Of a stretch of DNA of 64,000 bases, positions 52,446 to 64,000 are shown one piece after another (position 1 is the stretch's first letter; each line of letters opens with the position of its first letter). The notes below the pieces were generated by a model. It was given only the letters and a program-made list of their open reading frames with translations, did no database searches and was not told where the DNA came from. The DNA is from Squalus acanthias (Eukaryota), in NCBI GenBank assembly GCA_030390025.1, contig CM059447.1, positions 20,088,001 to 20,152,000 on the forward strand, read 5' to 3'. Made by a program: the position numbers and the translations under genes.

Positions 52446-53379
52446 GCCCTGAATTTGCGGTCGGCAGCATAACTAAAGAGTATGCCACCGACCTCCGAAT
52501 GGAATTCGCACTTACCTGCTGCGAACCCCTCTTTGAGGAGTTGCTTTGAAATGCTGCGGAGTTGCGCGCAGCGTAGTGGCCCACGGATCCCAGGGGCGCA
52601 CTGTTGTGATCACTTTCACTTCCTGACCCTTAGCCCATCAGGAAACATAGAATTCTCTGATGGGACAGCATTAAGCTTTGCAGAAAGTCCATCAAATTGC
52701 CCCCGCTGTTTCTAATTGATTATTGAAGACCCTTTCCTTAGTTTGTGGGTATGCATGACTTTCTGCATGATATTAAACATTTATATTTTCATTTAAAAAT
52801 GCGCATTGTGAATCACAAGAGGAGTGACTGTGATTAGTAAACGCAAATTATATACGTTCTGTTAATTCCTGACTATCAAAAAGCAACTCATTTTAAATAA
52901 AAAGGACTGGTAAGATGAACAAGTTTGAAGTTTTACCTAACACAGTAAATTGAAGTTATTTTGATTTGCACAGTTTAACCTAAATGCAGAGATATTAAAG
53001 TAATTAGTGCACTTCAGCAGATCGTTAAATGTTTCTGGCCTTTGGATAGGAAACATAAAATTTGCTTAGGATGCTTTTTATGTACTGTTTACTCATCCAC
53101 CCCTCCCCTTACGCCGCTCAACTGGCTCCTGCGCCTGTTTGCACCAGCCGTAAAAATGTTACGGGTAATTGATGTGCAGTAGTAGCCCACCCTTTCGCCA
53201 ACACATCTTTTGAATGAGGACTTGAAAGTCACAGCGGATCATCTATCTATTCGGAACTTGAAAGATCGCACGTTCGGGATTTAGCGCATGTGGAAATCCC
53301 GAATATGCGGTCAATTTCAAAGGCAGTATTAAACCGTACTCTGAGAGTACGCCGTCATACCAACCGTGGATTCAGGGCC
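52446..53379. mobile_element. about 930-bp MITE with imperfect TIRs
   Basis: gccctgaatttgcggtcgg ... ccaaccgtggattcagggc; GC-rich subterminal regions, AT-rich centre. Confidence 0.8.
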
Positions 53380-53890
53380 ACGATTTTCCAGAATCATTTT
53401 TTTTCAGTCATATTTCAAGAGGAAGAACGAAAGGTCCACATTCATTCTTGTAGCTAGAAATGCTCCAATAGTCACTCTGCATATCAATCTGATAGTGACA
53501 ATATTTACCATAATGCAGTTCTTGAGCTTTTTAAATAAGCTTTTCCAGGTGCACGACAAATACAACATCAAAGGAAGACGCCATCTTATTCTCCCAGTTT
53601 CTCCTTCTCCATTGAATCTACTCTGATGACTTTACCTTCTGCACCAGAGTCTCTGAAATTACCTAATTTTTCCTCCGTTGTGTTTCCCCTCTGCTATGTT
53701 CGCATCTGTTCCTTTTCCCATGCTTCTGCCCTGACCTTCTCTCACAACCTCCATAGTGCTCTGATGCTTGCTACTTTAACTCCCCCTCTGCCTTATCTGT
53801 CATTATGCGGAGATGCCGGCGTTGGACTGGGGTGGACAAAAATGAGAAGTCGCACAACACCAGGTTATAGTCCAACAGATTTATTTAAAA

Positions 53891-53932
53891 TTACAAGCTT
53901 TCGGAGCTATCGATCGCCCCTTCTTCAGGTAA
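53891..53932 (-). ncRNA. minimal hammerhead ribozyme motif (antisense copy)
   Basis: Exact reverse complement of 54510-54551. Confidence 0.75.
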
Positions 53933-54509
53933 AGTTACTATGAGTGAATCTACAAAAATTCACAGAATATAAACACAGAAAAAATGCAGAGATACAATCT
54001 TTCCTTACATCAAAGACACACCAAGAGCACAGCCAAGACAATGAGATGTGTCCCAGGGGGTCCAACGTGTCAAAACCTGCTGTCTGCATATCCTCTCCAT
54101 TTGGGTTTGTTTTTTGTGTTTGTTTTTTAAAAAACTGGAAAGACAGACAACGATGTCAAGTCACGGCCTTCGAGATACACGACAACGCAAAATCATCGAG
54201 CAGAAACTGATAGCCAAGTTCCGCACTCATGAGGACGGCCTCAATAGGGATATCGGGTTCATGTCACGCTACAGAACGTGACTTGACATCGTTGTCTGTC
54301 TTTCCAGTTTTTTAAAAAACAAACACAAAAAACAAACCGAAATGGAGAGGATATGCAGACAGCAGGTTTTGACACGTTGGACCCCCTGGGACACATCTCA
54401 TTGTCTTGGCTGTGCTCTTGGTGTGTCTTTGATGTAAGGAAAGATTGTATCTCTGCATTTTTTCTGTGTTTATATTCTGTGAATTTTTGTAGATTCACTC
54501 ATAGTAACT

Positions 54510-54551
54510 TTACCTGAAGAAGGGGCGATCGATAGCTCCGAAAGCTTGTAA
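54510..54551 (+). ncRNA. minimal type I hammerhead ribozyme motif
   Basis: TTAC-CTGAAGA-A-GGGGC(gatcgata)GCTCC-GAAA-GCTT-GTAA; palindromic AGCT stem III, TTAC/GTAA stem I. Confidence 0.78.
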
Positions 54552-55202
54552 TTTTAAATAAATCTGTTGGACTATAACCTGGTGTTGTGCGACTTCTCAT
54601 TTTTATCTGTCATTGACCTCCTACAGTGTTCCAAATAAGCTCAATTCAAGCCTTACGAACAATATCACACCTTTCTCCTGGGACCTTGCAACCTTTAGGT
54701 CTGAACATTGACCTCAGGAACTTCAGCTGTATCCTCATTTACAAACCGGTTTTAATTCCACACCTGAACCCCTGGTTTTCCATCTCTCCCATGTTCCACA
54801 TCTTTAGTTACATCCATAGCCTTTGTTTCTTTAATATTTTAATGCTTCTGTCCATTATTCTACTGAAATGATCTGTTAAATTATTGCATTCATGATTCCT
54901 CTTTCTTTTTTAAAAAAAAAATATATTTACATTTCCTCCTCCCTTTTTCTGATTGTATTAATATGTCTGTCTGTCTCCTATTTCTCAGCACTGAAGAAGA
55001 GTCTGCACCTGGAATGAAAACTTGTCCATTCTCTCCACAGATGCTAACTGACCCGCTGTGTGTTTCCAGCATTTTCTGTTTTTGTTCCGGAAAAAAATTG
55101 GACTTTGGTTTTGCAAATGAGAAAGAGCTTTCACTAGATCACCACAGATGCACAGCTGAAATTTGGTATATTTACACAACAGTGCACAGTGTTTCAGTGT
55201 AA

Positions 55203-55652
55203 AAGAAAGAACTTGCATTTATATAGCAGCTTTTACAACCTCAGGATGTTCCAAAAGGCTTCACAGCAATGAAGTATTTTTGAAGTGTAGTCACTGCTGT
55301 AGTGAGGGAAATGCGACAGCCAGTTTATGCACAAGGTCCCATAAACAGCAGTGAGATAAATGGCCAGATAATCTGTTTTAATGGTGTTTGCAGAGGGATA
55401 AATATTGGCAGGCCATCATGATAACGCTCCTGCTCTTCTGTGAATAGTGCCATGGAATATTTAACGTCCACCTGAGGGGGCAAATGGGACCTGGGTTTAA
55501 CATCTCAGTTGAAAAACAGCTTCTCCAATAGTGCAGCACTGCCTTATTTATGCACTGAGGTGTTAGCAAAGATGATATAGTCAAGTCTTAGACTGGGGCT
55601 TAAACCCACGACCTTCTGACTTAGAGGTGCTACCACTGGAACAAGGCTGACA
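55203..55652 (-). mobile_element. SacSINE1-like SINE
   Basis: Collinear with 51538-52003, more diverged. Confidence 0.9.
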
Positions 55653-56228
55653 TCTTGTACTTTTTATTACATTTCCCTCTGTTGCTCACTAAAGTGAAAT
55701 AGTACTGTGTTATCATAGACTTTTATTTTCCTTTGTCTGCGACCCAGTCTTCCTCATTCATGTCTGTACAAGCGTTCTTCGATAAGGTTAGATGAGTAAT
55801 TGGGTATTCCATTGGGTTTAAGCTAGGATGAGCATAACTGGCTGAATCAGCTCTGTTGAAATTTATGTGATGAACTGTGCCATGATGAAATAATATTTGG
55901 ACACTGTAGCACACTGTACCATGAAGAATTAAGACACAAGTTCACCCGATGTTTTCCGAAATAAACCGTTGCTGAACTTTGCCACACCATTGGGGGAGGT
56001 GCTGAGCAGAGGCGAGGGGCAATTAGCAGCAAGTAACCCAGTGTTTCCCTCATGCACAGCCAAACAATCAAGTCAAGAGTGACACAGGCAGGAGGAGGTT
56101 TGCATTGTTTGTCCTCGTAACAGCAGGATGGTGTGCAATGTGAGGGTACCATGAGAGGGTGGAGAAAGCAATTTTTGAAAAAAGGCAAACATACAAATTA
56201 TCTCCACTGCAAAACCTGAATAACTTTG

Positions 56229-56582
56229 AACAACAACAACAACTTGCATTTATATAGCGCCTTTAACGTAGTAAAAACGTCCCAAGGCGCTTCACAGGAG
56301 CGTTATCAGACAAAATTTGACAGCGAGCCACATAAAGAGATATTAGGAAGAGAGACCAAAAGCTCGGTCAAAGAGGTAAGTTCTAAGGAGTGACTTAAAG
56401 GAGGAGAGAGCGAGAGAGAGAGAGGCGGAGAGGTTTAGGGAGGGAATTCCAGAGTTTAGGGCCTAGGCAGCTGAAGGGACGGCCACCAATGGTAGAGCGT
56501 TGAAAATCAGGGATGAGCAAGAAGCCAAAATTGGAGGAGCGCAGAGATCTTGAAGGGTTGTAGGGGCTCGAGGAGGTTACCA
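56229..56582 (-). mobile_element. L2 LINE 3' fragment
   Basis: (CAA)n tail at left; ORF 56395-56583 GGRPFSCLGPKLWNSLP. Confidence 0.95.
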
Positions 56583-59500
56583 AAGGCCATAGTTTTTCCT
56601 CGAGGTAGACACTTTTATCTCCTATCTATATATTAAGAAAGTTTAATATGAGGAAAAATGTGGTCTACTGTAGCTTTCAATTATTAATTAGAAATAGAAA
56701 TAATATCCACTGCCGAGGCTTGTTTAGTCATTCCTAGTCTGAACAGCCAAGAATCTAAACTCCTGGTTATGAGTGGAGTGTTTATTCTACCTAAATGTAA
56801 TTAGCTACACTGGAGGAAGTAAATGTTCCCTAAGCTCTATGACAAAGATTGGTATCATAAGCTGCTAGTTTTAAGTTTACATAGAGAGCTCAAAAACTCC
56901 CTCAACTCCTGACTAATGATTTCAAGTTGGTGCTTCTTGTTATTAAATATGACTCTAGTGAATTTACTGTACCTTGACTACAGTTATATAAAACATTCCA
57001 AGGGTTCCAGCTAATTGTGTTTAATGGAGGATTTGCAAACTTCCTCTTGACAATTGTTGAAAAGTCCGAACTGAAGTAGTCAGTAGGGAGTAACACCGTA
57101 CGTTAGGAGCAGTAAAGAAATTTTAATGCATGCGAGAACAAGAAAGAAGGTAAATATTACTGTACCTAACGGGCTAAATCAAATATCTGGCATTATGGCA
57201 AATGGATCCATTTTATCCTGAAAGCTAGAGTCAAGGGAAGGAAGATTGAAGCACTCACTTATCCACGTGAAGAAATTCTACGAAAAATAATCAAGTATGG
57301 ATGATTGGGTTTAATGAAATTTAACACTCCATCTAATCATTTATATAAATCGTTATTCAGTTTAATTGATTGGCTATTGCAATTTCAATGACAGATGTGT
57401 ACAAATAAAAGGCATTATTTTGTATTATGATAAGATACAAAATAATGTTACTTATACTTTATTTTCAGCAGGAGGTGGTAACCGTTGGGAGCATGTTGAT
57501 GGAGATGACACTGGGGTCCTATCTACATCATAGGACCCAGACTGGCATATAGTAATGAGACTCCTGCCTGTTTCCTTGGCTTGGCAGCTATTTCAAGGTC
57601 TGGACTAAAATGACACGGGCAGGAAGACCGCAGGAAGTTTTTATTCAGTGATCTAAGTCTCGCTACAGCCCCATTAAAGCCTAAAAACGGGGCTGGTAAT
57701 AGAAACCAAAATCACCCCCATTCTGTTTAACAGGGTCACTGAATAGCAATCAGAGTTTAGAACCCTTGCAGATTTTTTTTTCCCCCTTCACTATGTTCGG
57801 GTTACTAAGGATAATTGTCCATCTCATCGAACATCAGCTAGCTCCTCATAAATTAGGGATAAAATCTGGGCCCCTCTGATCCATTTGGCTTTGTACCACG
57901 CTACATGGTACACTTATTCACAGAGCCATTGGGGAGCAAACAGTTTCAGGCTGAATGTCAGCTAATTGGAATCTGCAGTGCCTCAAATGAAATCCTTGAC
58001 CTTAGTCAATGCATTCGTTAATCCATAGTATGACTGAATATATTCCATACTGATGTTGAGTCTGTGTTCATTGAAATATACTGTTTCAGGGCACAGTTAT
58101 AAAACAGATCTGTTTAAATAGAGTGAAGAGTCGTGTTTTGGTGTCATAGTGCTTTGCATTATAAATATGGGTTGTTCCTCTGTGATTCTTCACATGGCAA
58201 GTTCTTAGTTATCTAATGGAGGAATGCAGCTGAGGCGAAGCCATTCCTTAAAGGGAGGGAAACCTGTTCTTTGTGACTGACTGAAGAGTCACATTTGGGA
58301 CCAATCAGATGGCCTCTTGAAGGGAATGGTGTATTATGTGGGGCTCCAAAGTTCAAATTCTGAAATTTAAAACGACACTAAAAAGGCAGCCATAATTTCA
58401 TTCTGGTTTCATGTTCAAAATTGAAATGGGAGAGGCACAAATTTGACTAAAACCAGCTGTTTTGGGAAAGGTTACATATGTACCATTGATAGGTCGATAT
58501 TACCGAGGGGATACCTCACTAAAACCTCCTATGGGAAACCCCACTCTTTTCAAGGTAAGTACAATTCCGACTGAGTGTTGTGTGCTGATTAAAACACATG
58601 TATCATAATAGGGGTAAGGATCAAATTTTCTTCATTTCTAACAGCCTAAAGATATTGTTTAATTTGCAATCAGAAGGTTAATGCGACTTGCCAATGCTAT
58701 CACGTGCCTGTGCGATGAACGGCATCTAGTCTAATGGGCAATCTCCAGCTGATTACATATTCAGCACTTCTGTGGAAATTAGATTTTATTAATTCAATTC
58801 TGCTGAAAAGCAGCGTGCCATAATAAAATGAAATTTGTAACTATTGCACAGTTAAATTAGCTAAATAGAGAGGAAGGAGATGGCAGAAAATTGACCCCAA
58901 TCCCTTAAAGTCTAATCAGACGACGAACTCTGCTGCTAATAAAGTTGAAGGTGAAATGTAGGAATAGCTCACGTGAGCTGACAGAGGCCGTGGGTCTCTG
59001 GGTGAGGTAGCTCTTCTTGGCATCACCTAGAACTAGTTAGAAAGTTTTTGTAAATAACTCAAGGCACATGCATGGAGCAGACAAACGCCAAAAGAAAGAA
59101 TCCCTCGTGTCGTACAATTAACATCTTTAGTCTAAAGCTAATTCTTTGGTGCCAATTAGAGCCAAATTAATCAGCACTTTATACTATAAACTCACGTGCG
59201 AGTTTTTAATCTGCAGCTGTAGATTCATCTCTGCTCCAGACTGGCACAATGTCCTGAAGTTTAATAACGGTGCTTTCCTTTAAAACTAAGGAAGTCGACT
59301 TATTAATTTTTCCCCAGTACCATCTGTTATAAAGATACAGGTATTCATATTTCTGCAAGTAGAGGTCAATTTCAGCAATTAAGGCATCATGTAATCGTGG
59401 TACTAACTTCTGCTCTTTAACCCTGGAGTCTGGTCCTGTGATTGGCAGGATTCCAGAGACAAGGAGCAGAGGGTGCCAATGAACCAGTGGCATTTTCCTA

Positions 59501-59960
59501 ACCTGCCCTCTGCTGCAAAACTTAAATAGCTTCAGAACAAATGGCAGTAAAAGGATTTTTTGAACTATGTTTATTACATTTAATGTACATGGAAACAGCA
59601 CAGATATATTTAAACATGCCCAGTAAAATGTATGTGACAGGTTGATGAAATTCAAAGCAATCTATATTAAAATATCTGTATATAAAATATATATAAAATG
59701 CCTCAGGGGGACGCAGAACCCATTTTATTTATTCACTTTATTCCTCCATTAATATATTAAAAACAGTACGTCAGCATGCTCAGACATCATACAGTGGACA
59801 TCACACTATGTTTCTGAGGCAAAATAATCTTAAAACAAAGAGCAAAGAAAGGATAGTTATTTGAAGCTGGGTGCTTCTGAACTGGTGCTTCCAAAGCAGA
59901 CAAGCACTTTACAATTTGCAAAGCTCCCTGACCAAACGATTAAACATTGAGTCACCAAAG

Positions 59961-60500
59961 CTAAGAACATAGGAACAGGAGTAGGCCATTCAGCCCCTCG
60001 AGCCTGTTCCACCATTCAAGGAGATCATGGCTGATCTGGGACCTAACTCCGTATACCCGCCTTCGCCCCATATCACTTAATACCTTTGGTTCACAAAAAT
60101 CTATCAATCTCAGATTTAAAATTAACAATTGACCTCGCATCAATTGCATTTGTGGAAGAGAGTTCCAAGCTTCTACCACCCTTTGTGTGTAGAAGTGTTT
60201 CCTAACTTCACTCCTGACAGGTCTGGCTCTAATTATTAGACTATGCCCCCTAGTCCTAGAATCCCCAACCAGCAGAAATAATTTCTCTCTATCTACCCTA
60301 TTATTTCCCCTTAATATCTTGAAAACTTCGATCAAATCACCCCATAACCGTCTAAATTCCAGGGACTACAACCCTAATTTGTGTAATCTCTCCTCGTAAT
60401 TTAACCCCTGGAGTCCAGGTATCAGTCTACACTGCACTCCCTCCAAGGCCAATATATCCTTCCTAAGGTGTGGTGCCCAGAACTGCTCACAGTACTCCAG
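59961..60500 (-). mobile_element. CR1 LINE 3' fragment
   Basis: ORF 59961-60335 IEVFKILRG..SRTRGHSL..RKHFYTQRVVEAWNSLP; same subfamily as the 3' part of 49935-50915. Confidence 0.95.
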
Positions 60501-60682
60501 CTAGTTTTCTTAACAATAATTAGGCTCTGTTGCCTTAAAGCATCTCCACATCATTGCCTTAAAGGGGCATGGCTCCAACTTATGCGCTGCATGGCATAAA
60601 GCCCCCGTCCACATAAAGCAGCACATCACGTGACTTACTGCGAGCAATTTCATATCTGATAAAAATAATATTCAATAACAAT

Positions 60683-62153
60683 GGCCCGGATTTTACCAGG
60701 CCAATGATGCCGTAGGCACAGCATATGCCGTTGTAAGTCCTCAGAATGACCCCGCAAGTTCTGGGATTCCGCATGCGCTGTGTTTGCGCAAAAACCCGGA
60801 ACTTGCAATCTGTCAAGTTTCTCCTTGACAGGTCGTCCGCCCGCGTCCCCAAAACACTTTCGCTAGCTATTTGCCCAACTACTGCCCAGCGTAATGGTTA
60901 AAATAAATGTTAAATTACATTTTTTTAAATGATTAAAACATAAAAACATTTTATTCCGGCCCAAAATTTTTGTATTCTTTTTCAAAAAGTTACATTTTTA
61001 TTTTGAATGCTTAATCAAAGCGACTTTTAATTAATTTTGAACATGGGAATATTTAATTTTATTAGAATTGTGCTTTATTTGGGGCTTTCTCGTAAGCTTA
61101 TGGAGATTCCGTTCGTCAATGGAATCTCCATAAGCTTATGAGGAATCCCCCTTTCTAATTATTTGGCCGGGCCCACGTGATCCCAGGGACGCTTCCGAAC
61201 CGCCAGCGTCCCTGGGATCCGTGGGCCTTTACGCAGGCGCACGACTTGAGGCCCAGGACCCGAAGACCCTGAAGCCACCAGGTACTGTACTTTGATTTTT
61301 TTTTCGGGTCGGAGACATAGGGCTGGATTTTGTCTTGGGGTCGGGTTGGGGTCGTATAATCCGCATTTCGTGTTTCCCCCCCGACTCCAGATTAATGTGG
61401 ATGAATGATGCAATTTTCACTTAATTGGGCAATTGAGTTCCAGCATGTGGGAACCCATGAACCAATTAGTGGTTTCAGTCTGAAAGTCGCCTCTGATGAT
61501 GTCATCATTGCTGACTGCCTAGTCTCAGAGACTGTTGGTGAGAGAGGACCTGCCTGGCTTGCTTTTGATGTGAGTGGACCTGGATGCAAAATATGCAGGG
61601 GGGGGAGGGAGAGAGAGAGGGAGGGAGAGAGAGAGGGAGAGAGAGAGAGAGAATGAGAATGAATTTTTTTTGCATCTAAGTCCTCTCACAGCAAAGGCCA
61701 GGCAGTCTCTGAACAAATTCAATGCAGCAGCAGCGATTTTCAGACTTAATACTACTACTACCTTCATCACATCTCCGTTGTAATAGTGGACCTGCAGCTG
61801 ATAGTCAGCTATCCACTTGTGCTCCCGCCAGGTTTCACTGGAGTGTTTCACACCAGGTGTACTTCACGTCAGAAAAGGGTTAAACTAGCTAAAACGTTTC
61901 AAAATGGCATTACAGAGCCAATTTAGGGCTTGTTAAGGGCTTTAATGGCCTCTCCCGCCTCTTGGAGGCGGGACGGAGTCGGGAACCCCGCGACTGATTT
62001 TGTCAAAATTGCGTGGAGGTGGGATGGAGTCGGGATGGGGTCGGAAACCCCGACCCCGCAAATTTAACCCCCCACACGCCTCCAAACCCGACTCCATGGG
62101 TCATTCAAAATCCAGCCCATATTCTTCTGTTACACCTCCGACCGCAAATTCAG
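60683..62153. mobile_element. MITE related to 52446-53379, host of a nested element
   Basis: Left end ggcccggatttt; right end ccgaccgcaaattcag (62138-62153) is the exact reverse complement of the 52449-52464 terminus; shares the ggcccacg(t)gatcccaggg motif. Confidence 0.7.
61320..62118. mobile_element. Harbinger-type non-autonomous element, nested
   Basis: Perfect 12-bp TIR GGGCTGGATTTT/AAAATCCAGCCC, 3-bp TSD ATA on both sides, subterminal gggtcggg/cccgaccc repeats; internal (GA)n at about 61605-61651. Confidence 0.9.
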
Positions 62154-62154
62154 C

Positions 62155-62278
62155 ACCGATATTTTATGTAGGTTTTGCCTTTTCAATATTTACTGCTCCA
62201 TGCCCCGGCCTTGCCGGGTTATTCGGGCAATTTCGGCCTCAACCGTACCCTCCCTGCCTCACCGTAAATATCGGGACC
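62155..62278. mobile_element. possible short MITE
   Basis: ccgatattt ... aaatatcgg inverted ends abutting the end of the previous element. Confidence 0.45.
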
Positions 62279-63275
62279 TATAGGTCTGAATATTATGTAT
62301 TATAAATCATCACATCACTCCTGGCCAAGAAGGAATAACACTCACCTGCAGGAGACACTATAAACTTAGTGAATATTGCTGGTAGGTGTTGCTCTGTAAA
62401 ACAATTGCAACAGTCACCTGGAGGAATGCCCTTGGGCGGGGAGAGAACTTTTCCAAAGTTGACAGGTTACCTTAGAATCGCTCAAGTGATGCCTTGCAGG
62501 TCTGTGGCATGAGAGGTCGTCTTAATAAAACATTTTCAAATGGAAGTTAGTGCCTCTAACTGGATAACATAGCCAAGTGCAACATGCTAACGTAAAGAAT
62601 CTAATAAATCAGTTCTATTTTACAGAAAGTTTCGGAGCATTTGGTCCTTGGCCTTCGCCGTTACCCCCAAGATAAATCTGATTGTGACCAAGTAATCTGG
62701 CCAGGGACCTCCTTCTCTCACACAGGGGCATAGCAATCTAGCATGCCAATGTATTATATTACCATACAATCATAATGCAACGTTGATATCTAAACAGCAC
62801 CAGATTCATTTGGGATGGGTCTTTCCCACTGAACAAATACATTCCAAGATGCACCTTCAAGAAACTACTACTACCATTTTATTCACTGAGGCAATGTGAG
62901 CATTGCTGGCAGCTCTCAAGACTGCAAAAAGACAAAATGTATTTCCTCTCCATTATTGCTTTCGTGGGTGGTGCTCATTTTCGTAATTATTTTCCTGTAT
63001 ATTGTATTTTCTGTGCTGTAGCGTTTATATCTATGTCTATTTTTGTGTCATTTTGGTGGGTATGCCTCATTTCTGATCATGGTGTGGGATAAACATTCAT
63101 TATCTGGTTGTTTACTGAGAGATGCACGCATTTTGTTCCTGGCAGTTCAGCGGTCCTGGCAGTTTAATGGTGATATGGCTACAAGTCACTGAAGCCGACT
63201 GGAACAAATTCCCACTTTGACCATCACCATGTTAAATTCCAATTTCAGATTTAGAAGATGTGAGGCTTACAAGTG

Positions 63276-63353
63276 AAGGGGCAGCAGCTCCGAAAGCTTG
63301 TGATTTCAAATAAAACTGTTGGACTATAACCTGGTGTTGTGCGACTTCTCGCA
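63276..63353 (+). mobile_element. about 80-bp Penelope family B 3' end insertion
   Basis: Matches 54520-54598 (gctccgaaagcttg..gttggactataacctggtgttgtgcgacttctc); 9-bp TSD TTACAAGTG at 63267-63275 and 63354-63362. Confidence 0.88.
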
Positions 63354-64000
63354 TTACAAGTGTGGCATTGGTGTGAAGCAGTTTCTCTTTATACTTTTGC
63401 TATTGTCATAGTGTAAATCTGGAATCAGAGGCCGACGTGACTCTGGAGTGAAGTGGAATGAGACTCCATAGAGGAGGGAATCGACCTGATATTTGGATCT
63501 CCAGAATCCAAAAACATCTATCCAAAAATCCAATTGCTCATCTGTTACGTAGATAGTTATCAGCTAACAGTGCTCTTCAGTGATTTCAGTGACAGACAGA
63601 AAAGCAAAGAAAAGTTGCCTGTGGTAAATAGCTCTTATTATTAATGGAAGGAGCTGCCTGCAGTAACCAGCACACACTCACATTACTTAAATTAATGATT
63701 ACCCCACAAGTTGAGCAAGTTGCAGTGCGCAGCACAGTTACTTATTACTGACTCTATGGTTTACTCTTTGCAATGAACTGGATGAAATGAGAGCATCATT
63801 TCTTATTACAGAAATTAAGGGTTACTTCTCGCTGTAAATACTCTACAGTAACAGTATAGATTTGTATTACTGTCATCATTTGTTACTCCATAGAGTGAGT
63901 TGTCTGAGTAAACAATATAACTTCTTATTGCAGAACTTTTAGGAGTTTTTTCTTGCAAGTCAAAATTTCTGCACTTAAAATATCACAAAAAACCTCCTGG

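Larger units (their letters stand above)
53805..54602 (+). mobile_element. young Penelope-like element with about 328-bp inverted pseudo-LTRs (family B)
   Basis: Arms 53838-54165 / 54277-54604 almost identical; spacer encodes GLRDTRQRKIIEQKLIAKFRTHEDGLNRDIGFMSRYRT* (PLE GIY-YIG C-terminus); 12-bp TSD TTATCTGTCATT at 53793-53804 and 54603-54614. Confidence 0.93.
53575..55087 (+). mobile_element. old Penelope-like element relic (family A-like), split by a younger PLE
   Basis: FSQFLLLH*IYSDDFTFCTRVSEIT*FFLR (cf. FSQFLRLRRICSDD..F..RASEM..FF), ACYFNSPS..LSVI|DLLQC..EQ..F.LG/TLQPLGLNIDLRNF (GIY-YIG C-terminus), 3' end ctccacagatgct..ccagcattttctgttttt as at 21240-21290. Confidence 0.8.

Noticed and set aside
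53944-54498. Two near-identical ORFs (MNLQKFTEYKHRK...) on opposite strands suggesting a duplicated gene
   Set aside because: They are antisense readings of the two Penelope inverted arms with GTG starts and no recognisable domain
57413-57447. 13-bp stem hairpin cattattttgtat/atacaaaataatg
   Set aside because: AT-rich, short and isolated; compatible with chance or a repair footprint
59206-59655. 149-aa minus-strand ORF, longest non-TE ORF
   Set aside because: No recognisable motif, non-ATG start, low-complexity AT-rich composition, no convincing splice context

Overview
Eukaryotic (vertebrate) non-genic or deep-intronic DNA, most likely from a cartilaginous fish (shark), judged from HE1/V-SINE, SacSINE1-like DeuSINEs and shark-type CR1 and L2 3' ends. 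I found no intact host protein-coding exon. Every recognisable ORF is a transposon fragment. Contents: about 8 CR1 and 7 L2 LINE fragments, several SINE families, a decayed formerly autonomous two-gene PIF/Harbinger transposon (Myb/SANT gene on +, HARBI1-like DDE transposase on -, about 5.25-7.9 kb) with a set of Harbinger-type MITEs (some nested), and a DIRS-like RT relic. There are also four Penelope-like element (PLE) pieces. Two are fold-back insertions with inverted pseudo-LTRs, target-site duplications and minimal hammerhead-ribozyme motifs, and one of these is nested inside an older Penelope. AT-rich repeat-free blocks may be conserved non-coding elements but cannot be confirmed without alignment. 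All family names come from recalled consensus motifs and manual translation, not database searches. Boundaries of old elements are approximate.
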